64,000 nt of DNA from an uncultured Clostridia bacterium (GCA_945912145.1 CAMEBF010000008.1:12925-76924), one strand, 5' to 3'; numbered from the stretch's first letter, positions 28,453 through 39,487 are shown. Translations and numbers: made by a program. Notes: generated by a model from the letters alone, not told the origin.

Positions 28453-29382
28453 ATGGATCTGATCGGCGTTGACATCGGCGGGACAAAATGCGCCGTGGTG
28501 CGTGGCAACGACAAGGGCGAAGTGCTCAAAAAAGAAAAATTTGCGACAATGGACTGCCAGGACACGATCGCAAAAATCATAGAAGCCGTCGCCGGAATGG
28601 GAAAGTGCGACGCCATCGGTATCAGCTGCGGCGGACCGCTTGACTCGCAAAACGGCGTCATCCTCTCACCGCCCAATCTCCCGGGTTGGGATCATGTGGA
28701 AATCGTGAAAATATTGAATGAGCGGTTCGGCGTTCCCGTGTTTCTGAAGAATGACGCGGACGCCTGTTGTCTGGCGGAGTGGAAATTCGGCGCGGGACGT
28801 GGCGCGAAACATATGATTTTTCTGACGTTCGGCACGGGTCTCGGCGCGGGACTGATTCTCAACGGCAAGCTCTACAGCGGCGCGTGCGATATGGCGGGAG
28901 AGGTCGGGCATATCCGGCTCGCGGACTTCGGTCCCGTCGGGTACGGAAAGTCCGGGTCGTTCGAGGGCTTTTGCTCGGGCGGCGGCCTTGCGCAGATGGG
29001 TGCGACCGTCGCAAAGGAAAAACAGCAGATGGGGCAGAAAGCCGGCTTTGCCGAAAAGGAGATTACAGCGAAAACGATTGCCGACGCCGCGAAAGACGGC
29101 GATGCGGACGCGCTTATGGTCTATCGCCAGTGCGCCAGAATGCTCGGCAAGGGGCTTTCCGTCTTAATGGATATATTGAACCCCGAACGGATCGTTCTGG
29201 GCAGCATTTTTCAGCGCAGCGAAGACTTGCTGCGGGAAGAAATGGAAAAAGTGATCGCAGAAGAAACGCTGATCAGATCCCGGAACGCGTGCCGGATCGT
29301 GGCAGCGGAATTGGGGGATTCGTTGGGTGATGTGGCATCGTTGTGCGTCGCCGTCTGCGGCATGAAAGGAGAACTCGCATGA
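28453..29382 (+). CDS. ROK-family sugar kinase
   Basis: MDLIGVDIGGTKCAVV plus a ..GEVGHIR.. motif. GGGAGGA RBS. Confidence 0.8.
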   Translation: MDLIGVDIGGTKCAVVRGNDKGEVLKKEKFATMDCQDTIAKIIEAVAGMGKCDAIGISCGGPLDSQNGVILSPPNLPGWDHVEIVKILNERFGVPVFLKNDADACCLAEWKFGAGRGAKHMIFLTFGTGLGAGLILNGKLYSGACDMAGEVGHIRLADFGPVGYGKSGSFEGFCSGGGLAQMGATVAKEKQQMGQKAGFAEKEITAKTIADAAKDGDADALMVYRQCARMLGKGLSVLMDILNPERIVLGSIFQRSEDLLREEMEKVIAEETLIRSRNACRIVAAELGDSLGDVASLCVAVCGMKGELA

Positions 29383-29975
29383 AAGAATTATTACGCAATC
29401 ACCCGGCGCTCGAAGTCTGTAAGGAGCAGATCGGGGCGGCGCTCGGGCTGATGATTGAAACCTATGAAAACGGCGGCAAGGTGCTGCTCTGCGGCAACGG
29501 CGGAAGCGCGGCAGACTGCGAACATATCGTCGGCGAGCTGATGAAAGGCTTTCTGCTGAAGCGTCCCGTTCATGACGAACGAATCCCGGCAGAACTGCGC
29601 CGGAATTTACAGGGCGCGTTGCCGGCGATCTCTCTGCCGAGCCAGATCGCGGTGCTTTCCGCGTTTCTCAACGATGTCGAGCCGCAAATGCTCTACGCGC
29701 AGCTTGTGTACGGTTACGCGTCCGAAAAGGATCTCGTCATCGGCATTTCCACGTCGGGCAATTCCGAAAATATCGTGAACGCCATTCGTGTGGCGAAAGC
29801 CGTCGGCGCGAAAACGTTGGCGCTCACCGGCGAAAAACCGAGCCGTCTTTCGGCACTCTGCGATGTGACGGTGCAGGCACCGAGCCGTGAAACCTACCGC
29901 ATTCAGGAATACCATCTGCCGATCTATCATTATCTGTGCGCGGCAGTGGAAAAACACTTTTTTACCGATATATAA
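29379..29975 (+). CDS. SIS-domain phosphosugar isomerase (GmhA-like)
   Basis: CGNGGSAADCEHIVGEL and ISTSGNSENI. ATGA overlap with the ROK kinase gene. Confidence 0.75.
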   Translation: MKELLRNHPALEVCKEQIGAALGLMIETYENGGKVLLCGNGGSAADCEHIVGELMKGFLLKRPVHDERIPAELRRNLQGALPAISLPSQIAVLSAFLNDVEPQMLYAQLVYGYASEKDLVIGISTSGNSENIVNAIRVAKAVGAKTLALTGEKPSRLSALCDVTVQAPSRETYRIQEYHLPIYHYLCAAVEKHFFTDI

Positions 29976-29989
29976 AGAGAGGTTTTGTC

Positions 29990-32407
29990 ATGAAAACAAT
30001 GTATTATCTGATCGGCAACGCGCATCTCGACCCGGTGTGGCAATGGCGTTCACCGGAGGGACTTTCCTTAGTCAAATCGACGTTCCGTAGCGCGCTTGAC
30101 CGCATGAACGAATACCCCGGCTATGTGTTTACGAGTGCGTGCGCCGGATATTATCATTGGATCAAGGTCAACGAGCCGGAAATGTTTGAAGAGATCAAGC
30201 AGCGCGTGGAAGAAGGACGCTGGGCGGTCGTCGGCGGCATGTGGGTGCAGCCCGACTGCAATATTCCGTCCGGCGAGGCCTTTTGCCGGCATCTGCTGTA
30301 TTCCCAGAAATTCTTTAAGGAGAATTTCGGCATCACCGTCAAGACCGGCTATAACGTGGATTCGTTCGGTCACAATGGCATGCTGCCACAGCTGCTGAAA
30401 AAATCCGGCATTGACAATTATGTATATCACCGTCCCAACAGCCGCGACGAAAAGCCGGGACTTTACGCCGGACTTCATGAATGGCAGAGCCCCGACGGCA
30501 GCGTGATCCGGGCGTTCCATATTCCGGACGGTTACGGCGGAGACGTGCGTCAGGATCGGCTCGAGAACCATTATTACAACAAGAATCAGCCGATGATGAT
30601 CTTCTACGGCGTGGGCAACCACGGCGGCGGTCCGTCCAAGGAGCATCTGCGGCATACCGAGGAGCTGATCGCAAAAGGCGGCTTTGCCTATGCCTCTCCC
30701 GACCGCTATTTTGAAGAGACAAAGGCGCTGTCTGTTCCCCGTGTCAGTGAGGATTTACAGCATCACGCCAGCGGCTGCTACAGCGCCAACAGCCGGATCA
30801 AAAGTGCGAACCGCAGCGCCGAAACCGCGCTTGTGACCGCCGAAAAGCTCGATGTGCTGGCGAATCTCCTGACAGCATCGCCGACCCATTCCGGGAAGCT
30901 CGAGGAAGCGTGGGAACGCGTGATGTTCAATCAGTTTCATGATATTCTGGCAGGCTGTTCGATCAAGGAGGCGTATCTCGATGCCGAAAACGCATTCGGC
31001 TATGCCAAAGAGGTCGCGCTCGATGTCAATACCTACGCCGCACAGCGCATTTCCTGGCGCATCAAGACGACGGATTTCCTTGACGCAGACACGTCGGAAA
31101 TGCGGGCCCGTATGTGGTACCGTGACGGCGAAGGTTCGCCGATGGTCGTTTTTAATCCGCATTCGTTCCCGGTGAAGTCGATCGGGGAGTTCGGCGATCA
31201 GGGCGTCGCCAAGGTGCTCGATTCCAAGGGCAATCCTGTGATGCATCAGCTCGTCCGTGCACCGTATACGGACGGCGACCATGTGCGCAAGTGCATTTTT
31301 GAGGCGGAGATTCCCGCGTTTGGGTATGCCGTGTATTATCTCTATCATCAGGGAACCGTCGAAAACGCCACGTTTGACACCGAACTGACCGCGACGGAGG
31401 ACTGCCTTGAAAATAACAAAGTGAAAATCACCTTTGACCGCCGGAGCGGCGCGGTGAAATCCTATTATCTGAAAGAGCAGAAGACCGAGTTTGCCGATGG
31501 ACTGCTCGGTCAGGGGATCGTTTGCGACGATACCGCCAACGACACATGGGGGCACGGCGTTTTTGATTATAATATGCAAATCGGCGAATTTTCTGCCGGC
31601 ACGCTGGAGCTGCTCGAAACAGGCCCCATCCGTGCGACGATCAAATCGGTCGTGACCTACGGCAATTCCGTGTTGACGCGGTATTATTCGCTCTATCACG
31701 ACAGTGAAAAGCTGACGGTCAGAACGGTGCTCGACTGCGACGAACAGTATAAGTCCATCAAGCTCTCGTTTAAGGCGAACGTGACGAACCCGACCGTGAC
31801 CTACTCCATGCCCTACGGCTTTATTGAAAAGAAAACGAACGGACAGGAGGAGCCGTCCCATGCGTGGTGCGATCTGCGTGAGGAGAGCGGCAAGGGTCTT
31901 GCGCTTCTGAATACGAGCAAATACAGCTTCTGCGCCGTCGGCAACGATTTGCGCATGATGATTGCGAGAAGCTGCGCCTATCTCGACCACTACGGTCAGA
32001 GAAGCCGTGACGGCGAAATGCGCTTCCTCGATAAAGGCGAACAGGAGTTTTCCTACGAGCTCGTCCCGCACACCGAAACGGTCAACGCGGCATTATTCAA
32101 AGCTTCCGAGCTGCTGAACAGCCCCTTGCAGACGCATCAGGAAACGCATCACGACGGCGCGTTGCCGCAGGAATATTCGGCGCTTGCGATCGACAAGGAG
32201 AATATCGTGATCACCGCGATCAAAGCGGCGGAGGACGGCAACGGCGTCATTCTGCGCGCCGTGGAGGCAAACGGAATCCCGACGACGGCGACGATCCGTT
32301 CCGACGCGCTGAAAGCAAACTTTACGATGAACTGGGCGCCGCAGGAGATCAAAACGATCCGCATCACGGAAAACGATGCCGCCGAATGCCTGATCATTGA
32401 GGAATAA
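29990..32407 (+). CDS. GH38 alpha-mannosidase (short form)
   Basis: MKTMYYLIGNAHLDPVWQW.. and ..VDSFGH.. motifs. Confidence 0.85.
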   Translation: MKTMYYLIGNAHLDPVWQWRSPEGLSLVKSTFRSALDRMNEYPGYVFTSACAGYYHWIKVNEPEMFEEIKQRVEEGRWAVVGGMWVQPDCNIPSGEAFCRHLLYSQKFFKENFGITVKTGYNVDSFGHNGMLPQLLKKSGIDNYVYHRPNSRDEKPGLYAGLHEWQSPDGSVIRAFHIPDGYGGDVRQDRLENHYYNKNQPMMIFYGVGNHGGGPSKEHLRHTEELIAKGGFAYASPDRYFEETKALSVPRVSEDLQHHASGCYSANSRIKSANRSAETALVTAEKLDVLANLLTASPTHSGKLEEAWERVMFNQFHDILAGCSIKEAYLDAENAFGYAKEVALDVNTYAAQRISWRIKTTDFLDADTSEMRARMWYRDGEGSPMVVFNPHSFPVKSIGEFGDQGVAKVLDSKGNPVMHQLVRAPYTDGDHVRKCIFEAEIPAFGYAVYYLYHQGTVENATFDTELTATEDCLENNKVKITFDRRSGAVKSYYLKEQKTEFADGLLGQGIVCDDTANDTWGHGVFDYNMQIGEFSAGTLELLETGPIRATIKSVVTYGNSVLTRYYSLYHDSEKLTVRTVLDCDEQYKSIKLSFKANVTNPTVTYSMPYGFIEKKTNGQEEPSHAWCDLREESGKGLALLNTSKYSFCAVGNDLRMMIARSCAYLDHYGQRSRDGEMRFLDKGEQEFSYELVPHTETVNAALFKASELLNSPLQTHQETHHDGALPQEYSALAIDKENIVITAIKAAEDGNGVILRAVEANGIPTTATIRSDALKANFTMNWAPQEIKTIRITENDAAECLIIEE

Positions 32408-32426
32408 CAGAATAGCTTAAAACAGC

Positions 32427-32467
32427 AAAACCGTAAACGACGAGCGATTGCCGTTTACGGTTTTTTT
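32427..32467 (+). terminator. rho-independent terminator
   Basis: AAAACCGTAAACG...CGTTTACGGTTTT 9-bp GC core plus T7. Confidence 0.85.
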
Positions 32468-32484
32468 ATGCGCCGGTTGCAAGA

Positions 32485-32644
32485 TTTTTATAAATCCAAG
32501 CGCGCAGCGCTTCCGAATCTTTTGCCGCAGGCAAAAACATCATTTCGGCGAAGCCGAAACTTCATAGCCCGCAGGGCTGCTTCACTTGTTTCGCAGAAAC
32601 AAACTTCACTGCGGATTGAGAACCGCCGGGCGGCTCTCAATCCG
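32485..32644 (-). repeat. dispersed mini-hairpin array, copy B (inverted relative to copy A), plus a terminal long hairpin
   Basis: The reverse complement aligns with 16386-16514 and shows compensatory stem changes. The 32614-32644 hairpin (GATTGAGAACCGCC/GGCGGCTCTCAATC) abuts the GNAT stop codon. Confidence 0.85.
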
Positions 32645-33121
32645 TTATTCCTCGGTCAGCTTTTGCAGCGTATCGCCTGTGACGCGATAGATTGTCCAGT
32701 CCGTCAGAGGGGTTGCGCCGAGCGACAGATAAAAATCTATACTCGGCTGATTCCAGTCGAGACAGCACCACTCCAGGCGTCCGCAGCCGCGTTCCACGGC
32801 GATGGACGCCAGTTTTTTTAAGAGCGCTTTTCCATAGCCTTTGCCGCGGTATTCCGGCAGGACGAACAAATCCTCTAAATAGATGCCCGCTCTGCCCAGA
32901 AAGGTGGAAAAATTGTGAAAGAACAGCGCGAAGCCAACTTCTTTGTTCTTTTCGAGCACAAAAATCACTTCGGCTTTCTGCTTTTCAAAAATCCATTCCG
33001 TCAGAAGCTTTTCGTCGGCGACAACCTCGTCGGACATCTTTTCATAGTCTGCCAGAGCTTTGATGAACTGTAGAATCAAAGCGGCGTCTTTCTTCTCCGC
33101 GTATCGGAATTCCATTGCCAT
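32645..33121 (-). CDS. GNAT N-acetyltransferase (diamine acetyltransferase-like)
   Basis: 158 aa with a ..VLPEYRGKGYGKALL.. acetyl-CoA motif. Confidence 0.85.
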   Translation of the reverse strand: MAMEFRYAEKKDAALILQFIKALADYEKMSDEVVADEKLLTEWIFEKQKAEVIFVLEKNKEVGFALFFHNFSTFLGRAGIYLEDLFVLPEYRGKGYGKALLKKLASIAVERGCGRLEWCCLDWNQPSIDFYLSLGATPLTDWTIYRVTGDTLQKLTEE

Positions 33122-33202
33122 TTCCTCCGTAAATCTGCTTGTCGGGCATTCGGTCCGCTGCGTGATCCATTCTATTTTTTCAGGTCTGGGAATCGAATTG
33201 TT

Positions 33203-33535
33203 TTATTCTTTTATAAACGCTCTGTCTTGATCGGGAATACTCGATTCATCGGTCATATACCGTTCAACCTGCATGCTTAAATGATACTTTTCACGCAAAC
33301 TGATGATTTTCGACATCATCGTTGACTGATGGTGTATGTCGAGTGCCTGCTGGTTTTCCCAACTGTCAATCAAAAGAACGGTTTCCTCGTCATTCATCGG
33401 GAAAAAGTATTCATATTTCAAATTGCCTTCTTCGGCACGGATTTCGTTTACAATTCCTGTAGAAATCATTTCTTCTGCAAATTTTCTTGCATTTCCGTTT
33501 ATGCCTGAATAGTAAATATTGACTGTTAATGCCAT
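33203..33535 (-). CDS. ABM-family (antibiotic biosynthesis monooxygenase-like) protein
   Basis: MALTVNIYYS...LIDSWENQQALDIHHQS. GGAGGTG RBS. The tracked N-terminal extension was rejected. Confidence 0.7.
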   Translation of the reverse strand: MALTVNIYYSGINGNARKFAEEMISTGIVNEIRAEEGNLKYEYFFPMNDEETVLLIDSWENQQALDIHHQSTMMSKIISLREKYHLSMQVERYMTDESSIPDQDRAFIKE

Positions 33536-33599
33536 AAAAGCACCTCCGCAAATTCCGATTGATTGATTTTTCAGCTTTATATACCGTTGAGACCGGCGT

Positions 33600-34040
33600 T
33601 TATGCGTCGGCATGCGCACCCGTGACCGTCTCTCCCTGCCATGTATTGATGCCGCCGAACTCCACGATGTTGGTATAGCCCAGTTGAACCAGCTTCTCCG
33701 AAGCCTGTTTGCTGCGGTTGCCGCTGCGGCAGTAGATGAGGATCAGCTGATCCTTGTCGGGCAGCTCAGGGATTTCCTCTGCGCCGATCGTCTCGTTGGG
33801 AATGCAGACAGCGCCCGGAATGTGCTTCTCTTCGTACTCCGCCTGTGTTCGGACGTCGAGAAGGATATAGTCCGTTTCCGTTTCCATCAGGGCAATCGCT
33901 TCGTCGGTGCTGACCTGACGGTATGTTTGTGCCGGTTCGGAAGCGGAGCAGCCGGTCAGCAGCATAACGGGCAGGAGGAGAAGCAGAGACAGCAGATGTC
34001 TGACGGCAAAGCTGCCGTTCTTCGGTTTATCTTGTTTCAT
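33600..34040 (-). CDS. rhodanese-domain sulfurtransferase lipoprotein
   Basis: Lipobox LLTGCSA and active-site loop YCRSGNRS. Confidence 0.85.
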   Translation of the reverse strand: MKQDKPKNGSFAVRHLLSLLLLLPVMLLTGCSASEPAQTYRQVSTDEAIALMETETDYILLDVRTQAEYEEKHIPGAVCIPNETIGAEEIPELPDKDQLILIYCRSGNRSKQASEKLVQLGYTNIVEFGGINTWQGETVTGAHADA

Positions 34041-34216
34041 GACAGGTTCCTTTCTTTCCGGTGTCGGGGACGATTTTTCTATATTCTATCACATCCGCGC
34101 GCAAGAAGCAATCCCGAAAGAATCTTCTTTTGGCTCTTGACAAGTTGATTGCAATATGGAATAATAAAAATAGTCAAGAATGTTTACTATTTGTCTGTGA
34201 AAGGGGTCATTTCACC

Positions 34217-35173
34217 ATGGAGCTTTATCAGCCGCAGCCTTTTGATTTCAGCGATACGAAGACGTTTGATGTGTGGGACAGGACGAATCTTGTCCGCATC
34301 GACAACATCAGCAAGCTGGATGATCCGTTCCCGGATTTCGAGTGCCCGGAGCTCGAGGCTGTCTGTGAAAAAATTCTCGAGGCCAGAAAAAACGGCCGTC
34401 CCGTCATTGTTTTTTACGGCGCGCACGTCATCAAATGCGGTCTGTCTCGGTACATCATTGACCTGATCCGCCGCGGCATTATCACGCACATTGCCTCAAA
34501 CGGCGCCGGCAGCATTCACGATTTTGAGCTGGCGTATCTGGGCGGCACTTCCGAGCACGTGCCCACCGCGATCGAGGACGGCTCGTTCGGTATGTGGGAG
34601 CAGACCGGCGGCTGGATGAACGAAGCGATCAACGAGGGTTTCCCGAAAGGCTACGGCTACGGCGAATCGTTGGCGCATTATGTGGACGAACACCCGGAGA
34701 AGTTCCCCTATAAGGACGACTGTGTGTTCTACAACGCCTATACCCACGGCATTGCCGCAACCTATCATGTGACCATGGGAACCGACATCATTCACGAGCA
34801 CCCGTCGGCGGACTTTTCGTGCATCGGCGGCACAAGCGGCAAGGATTTCAAGGTCTTTGTCAATTCGCTGAAGGATCTCGAAGGCGGCGTCTTCCTGAAC
34901 ATCGGCTCGTCGGTGACGGGACCGGAGGTTTTCCTGAAAGCCCTTTCCATCGTCCGCAACCACGGCTATAAAACGCAGAAGATCACGACCGCGAACTTCG
35001 ATATTATTCCGCTCGGCGATTACAAGAGCGACGTCAGCAAGGATCATTTCCACTATTATTACCGTCCGCGCAAGAACATCATGAACCGTCCCGTCAGCCT
35101 TGGCGGCAACGGCTACTATATTTACGGCAATCATATGCAGACCGTGCCGACGATGTACCGTCTTCTGACGTAG
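34217..35173 (+). CDS. conserved hypothetical protein, possibly with a deoxyhypusine-synthase-like fold
   Basis: 318 aa from MELYQPQPF. ..VIVFYGAHVIKCGL..IASNGAGSIHDFE.. is reminiscent of the DHS family. The function call is weak. Confidence 0.5.
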   Translation: MELYQPQPFDFSDTKTFDVWDRTNLVRIDNISKLDDPFPDFECPELEAVCEKILEARKNGRPVIVFYGAHVIKCGLSRYIIDLIRRGIITHIASNGAGSIHDFELAYLGGTSEHVPTAIEDGSFGMWEQTGGWMNEAINEGFPKGYGYGESLAHYVDEHPEKFPYKDDCVFYNAYTHGIAATYHVTMGTDIIHEHPSADFSCIGGTSGKDFKVFVNSLKDLEGGVFLNIGSSVTGPEVFLKALSIVRNHGYKTQKITTANFDIIPLGDYKSDVSKDHFHYYYRPRKNIMNRPVSLGGNGYYIYGNHMQTVPTMYRLLT

Positions 35174-35215
35174 AGTGAAAAATAAGCAGACCGAAAGGAA
35201 AGGCGTGAAAATCCG

Positions 35216-36235
35216 ATGAATCCACAGATTTTGGAGCAGATGTTAGAAAAAATTCCGTCCCTGCGCGTCAGCCTTATCGGCGACGGCTGCATCGACGTTT
35301 ACTGGCACGCCGATATGCGTCTGAGCGAGCTTTCTCGCGAAGTGCCGCAGCACCCTCTGCCGATCGTCGAAGAGCGGTTTTCGCTCGGGGCAGGCGCGAA
35401 TGTGTTGGCGAATCTGGCGGCTTTGGGCGCGAAAAATATACAGTATATCGGCTGCATCGGCAACGACTGGCGCGGCGTGATTTTCAAAAAGCTGCTTTTG
35501 GAAATCGGTGTTGCGGATGATTTTCTGATTGCTTCCGACAAGATCATCACCCCGGCTTACTGCAAGCCGATCCGTCACGGCATTTCCGATGTGACGAGCG
35601 AAGATCCTCGCATTGATTTCTGCAACCGGACGCCTCTGCCGGAAGAGCTTGAGGAACAGGTCATCGCGTCTCTCAGGAAAGCGGCGGAAAATACCGATAT
35701 TCTGATCGTCTGCGACCAGTTTCAAAACGGCTGCATCACGCAGCGCGTACTGGACGTCATCAATGAGCTTGGCAATAGAATCCCGGTCATCGTGGACAGC
35801 CGCGACCGTGTGGGAGATTACCGCAACGCGATGATCAAACCGAATGAAGTGGAGGCGTGCCGCTGTCTGGGACTGTCCCCCGAAATCGTCAGCGAACCGC
35901 AGGGCGCCGAAAAAATTGCGCGCGCTCTGGAAGAAAAGAATAAACATCCCGTGGTGGTGACATTGGGCGCGCAGGGAGCCATCCGGTGCGAAAACGGCGA
36001 ATGCGTCCGCGTTCCTGCCGCTCCCGTTCCGCCTCCGATTGATTTCGTCGGCGCCGGCGACTCATTTCTGGCAGGATTCGCTCTGGCGTATCCGCAGCAA
36101 TCGTCTCCCCGGGACGCGCTGATCTTCGCGACGCTTGTCTCCGCCGTGACGATCGCGAAAATCGGAACGACCGGCGTGGCGACGCCGCAAGAAATGCGGG
36201 AAACGCTGACGCGTTACGGCGACTGCTTTGAATAA
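35216..36235 (+). CDS. PfkB-family sugar kinase (RfaE/HldE domain-I-like)
   Basis: ..GGAGNVLANLAALG-like N-terminal motif and a C-terminal DFVGAGDSFLAG anion hole. Confidence 0.8.
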   Translation: MNPQILEQMLEKIPSLRVSLIGDGCIDVYWHADMRLSELSREVPQHPLPIVEERFSLGAGANVLANLAALGAKNIQYIGCIGNDWRGVIFKKLLLEIGVADDFLIASDKIITPAYCKPIRHGISDVTSEDPRIDFCNRTPLPEELEEQVIASLRKAAENTDILIVCDQFQNGCITQRVLDVINELGNRIPVIVDSRDRVGDYRNAMIKPNEVEACRCLGLSPEIVSEPQGAEKIARALEEKNKHPVVVTLGAQGAIRCENGECVRVPAAPVPPPIDFVGAGDSFLAGFALAYPQQSSPRDALIFATLVSAVTIAKIGTTGVATPQEMRETLTRYGDCFE

Positions 36236-36267
36236 CATATGATTGCGCAACGGAAAGGAGAATTTCC

Positions 36268-39200
36268 ATGAATTTCAGCAAGGATACCATTATCAAACGC
36301 AAACTGGCAAATCTTGCCGGTCTGATTGAACCGGACAGACTGGAGATCCCGGAGTGGCAGACGCGTCACGCCACGTTTTTAGGGGCTGACGGCTACACCG
36401 AAGAAGTGGCCGACGAGCCGATGCGCGTCGGCGACCGCTGGAAATGCCGGGATGACTTTACGCGTTGGTTCTCTGCCGAAGTGAGAGTTCCGGAAAGCTT
36501 TGCCGGTAAAAAACTGGCGCTTGAGCTCGAGTTCGGCGGCGAAGGCATTGTGCGCGTGAACGGCAAAATCATCTCCGCGATCACCTCTTATATTAAGTGG
36601 GAGCCTGCAACCAGAACCCGTGTGATGCTCAGCGACTGCGCCGAAGCCGGAACGGTTTATCATGTCGAGATCGAAGCGCATCTGCATTATATGGAGTTCT
36701 GCGGCTACCGTATGCAGGGGTATACCGAGATTGAATACACCATTCGCACGGCATCTCTCGTGACGATTGATCCCGTTGTCGAATCCTATTATTTTGACAT
36801 CAAGACCGCGCTGGACGCGATGCAGACGCTGCGCAATCCGATGGAAAAAATCATGAAATCCGGCGACGTGATGCCCAATGATGTCGTCCGTCTGCTCGAA
36901 AATGCAAGCCGGGACAGCTTCTATTATGATAAAGTTGTGGACGCCGTCGTCTCGTCGCTGACGCAGGTCGATTTCGATTTTGAGCCGGAAGTGATGAAGC
37001 GTTCCATCCCGAAAGCGCAGGAGGTCTTCCGTCAGAAAATGGCGCAGATCCCGAATCAGCCCCACGCCAAAATCAAATTCGTCGGGCAGTCGCATATCGA
37101 TACCGCGTGGCTCTGGCCGGTTCGCGAGTCGATCCGCAAATCCGCAAAAACGCTTTCCAACGTCTGCTCGCTGATGGATCGTTACCCGGATTTTATTTTC
37201 GCGTTCAGCCAGCCGCAGATTTTTGAATTTACCAAAGACCATTATCCCGAGCTTTTTGCCCGCGTCAAGGAAAAGGTACGTTCCGGGCAGTTTGAGCCGG
37301 TGGGCAACACCTGGGTCGAAATGGATACCAATATCCCGTCGGGCGAATCGCTGGTGCGTCAGATTCTGTACGGCCGTCGGTTCTTCCTCGATGAATTCGG
37401 CAAATGCTCCGATGTGTTCTGGATGCCGGATGTCTTCGGCTACAGCTGGGCGCTGCCGCAGATCATTAAGCGTTCGGGCATGAAATATTTCTTCACCTCG
37501 AAGCTCATCAATAACGACGACAACCGCTTCCCGTATTCGCTGTTCCAATGGCAGGGTGTTGACGGCACCAGAATCCCTGCCTATTTACAGCGTCTGAATT
37601 ATAACGGCAACGTCTCGCCGGACACCCTGCAGACGCTCTATCAGCGGTATGACCAGAAGGGCATTCTCGACGAAGCGATGATGACCTTCGGTTTCGGCGA
37701 CGGTGGCGGCGGGCCGACCTATCAGATGCTTGAAACCGCCGAACGTCTGAAGGAGTTCCCGGGACTGCCGAAGCTCGAGCTTGCGACCGCGCAGTCTTAT
37801 TTTGAGGACGTCGAACCCGTCCAAGACGAGCTGCCGGTCTGGAACGATGAGATGTATTACGAGTTCCACCGCGGTACTTATACCTCGCAGGCGAACGTCA
37901 AAAAGAATAACCGCAAATCCGAATTGTTGTACCGTCAGGCGGAGATGGCAAGCGTCCTCGCTCTGTGCGAAACGGGCAAGTCCTATCCGTATGACAAAAT
38001 TCTGAAAGGCTATAAAAAGCTGCTGACCAATCAGTTCCACGATATCATGCCCGGCTCCTCCATTCACTCTGTCTATGAGGAAGCCAAAAAGACTTATGCC
38101 GACGTTTTCGCCATCGGCGGCGGCGTGATGCAGGACGCGGCAGATGCCGTCTGCTCTCATATTGCGCACGGCGCAAACAGCGTTGTGGTGTTCAACTTCC
38201 TTTCGTGGCAGAGAAAGAACGTCGTGACGCTCAGTCTGACCGATACACCCTTTGCCGAAGCAAAACAGCTCACCGTCAGAAATGCCGCAGGTGAAATCTG
38301 TCCGGGCTATATTACCGATGAGAACGGCGTGCGGACACTCCGTTTTGACGCTTGTGTTCCGGCCATGGGCTACGAGGTCTTTACACTCTCCGAGGAAGCG
38401 TCCGAACAGAAAGGCTCCATGACGGCGACCAAAAACTGCATGGAAAACGCGTTCTATAAAATCGAGCTCGACGACAACGCGAATCTTGTCAGCATCTACG
38501 ACAAACGTAATCATCGCGAAGTGCTGGCCGGCAAGTCAAATCTCATCAAAATCTTTGAGGATAAACCCGGCGGAGAAACCGCCTGGAATATCGATATGGA
38601 ATATCAGAACAAGGAATGGGTGCTCGAAAACGCTGAGAGCGTCGAGGTCGTCGAGTGCAGCGCCGTCCGCAGCGTGCTGCGCGTAAAACGCCGTTTCCAC
38701 CGTTCCGCGATCACGCAGGACATCATTCTCTACGCCGACAACGACCGCATTGATTTCGCGACGGCGGTTGACTGGGACGAAACCGAAAAGATGATGAAAG
38801 CGGAATTTACGGTCGATGTGCTGTCCCCGAAAGCGTCCTACGAGATTCAGTTCGGCGCGATTGAGCGTCCGACCCATTACAACACCTCGCATGACCGCAC
38901 AAAATTTGAGGTCTCCGGGCATAAATGGGCGGATCTCTCTGAGGGCAACTACGGCGTCTCGCTGCTGAACGACTGCAAATACGGCTACGACATCAAAGAA
39001 AACCGTATGCGCATCACCCTCTTGCGTTCGTCGATCGATCCCGACCCGACGGCCGACAGGGGACATCATGAATTTGTCTATTCGCTGCGTCCGCATTCCG
39101 GCAGATGGGTGACGGCGCGTACGGTCAATGCGGGCTATGAGCTGAACGTTCCGCCCTATCCCGTTTTCTGCCGTGAGGCCGCCGAGAACGGAACGCTGCC

Positions 39201-39465
39201 GGCTTCCCGTTCGTATTTTACCTGCGACAGCGACAACGTGATCCTCGATACCGTCAAGGCCGCCGAAAACGGCAACGGAATCATCGTCCGCCTGTATGAA
39301 TCCGGCGGCACGAAGACGGACGTCTCGCTTTCGACGATCCTGCCGTGCAGCCGCGTCGTGGAATGCAATCTCGTGGAAACCGACGAGACCGAGGTCCCGA
39401 CAGAGAACGGCGCGTTCCGCTTTACGATCAGACCGTTCGAGATCAAGACATTCCGGCTTAGCTGA
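36268..39465 (+). CDS. GH38 alpha-mannosidase (long, MngB-like)
   Basis: 1065 aa. ..FVGQSHIDTAWLWP.. and ..PDVFGYSWALPQI.. motifs. Confidence 0.9.
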   Translation: MNFSKDTIIKRKLANLAGLIEPDRLEIPEWQTRHATFLGADGYTEEVADEPMRVGDRWKCRDDFTRWFSAEVRVPESFAGKKLALELEFGGEGIVRVNGKIISAITSYIKWEPATRTRVMLSDCAEAGTVYHVEIEAHLHYMEFCGYRMQGYTEIEYTIRTASLVTIDPVVESYYFDIKTALDAMQTLRNPMEKIMKSGDVMPNDVVRLLENASRDSFYYDKVVDAVVSSLTQVDFDFEPEVMKRSIPKAQEVFRQKMAQIPNQPHAKIKFVGQSHIDTAWLWPVRESIRKSAKTLSNVCSLMDRYPDFIFAFSQPQIFEFTKDHYPELFARVKEKVRSGQFEPVGNTWVEMDTNIPSGESLVRQILYGRRFFLDEFGKCSDVFWMPDVFGYSWALPQIIKRSGMKYFFTSKLINNDDNRFPYSLFQWQGVDGTRIPAYLQRLNYNGNVSPDTLQTLYQRYDQKGILDEAMMTFGFGDGGGGPTYQMLETAERLKEFPGLPKLELATAQSYFEDVEPVQDELPVWNDEMYYEFHRGTYTSQANVKKNNRKSELLYRQAEMASVLALCETGKSYPYDKILKGYKKLLTNQFHDIMPGSSIHSVYEEAKKTYADVFAIGGGVMQDAADAVCSHIAHGANSVVVFNFLSWQRKNVVTLSLTDTPFAEAKQLTVRNAAGEICPGYITDENGVRTLRFDACVPAMGYEVFTLSEEASEQKGSMTATKNCMENAFYKIELDDNANLVSIYDKRNHREVLAGKSNLIKIFEDKPGGETAWNIDMEYQNKEWVLENAESVEVVECSAVRSVLRVKRRFHRSAITQDIILYADNDRIDFATAVDWDETEKMMKAEFTVDVLSPKASYEIQFGAIERPTHYNTSHDRTKFEVSGHKWADLSEGNYGVSLLNDCKYGYDIKENRMRITLLRSSIDPDPTADRGHHEFVYSLRPHSGRWVTARTVNAGYELNVPPYPVFCREAAENGTLPASRSYFTCDSDNVILDTVKAAENGNGIIVRLYESGGTKTDVSLSTILPCSRVVECNLVETDETEVPTENGAFRFTIRPFEIKTFRLS

Positions 39466-39487
39466 ATTTATGCGCTGTTGAGGTGAA

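Noticed and set aside
32468-32821. ORF 32468..32821 + (117 aa).
   Set aside because: Its first half is a read-through of the hairpin-array repeat and the rest is antisense to the GNAT gene. It has no RBS.
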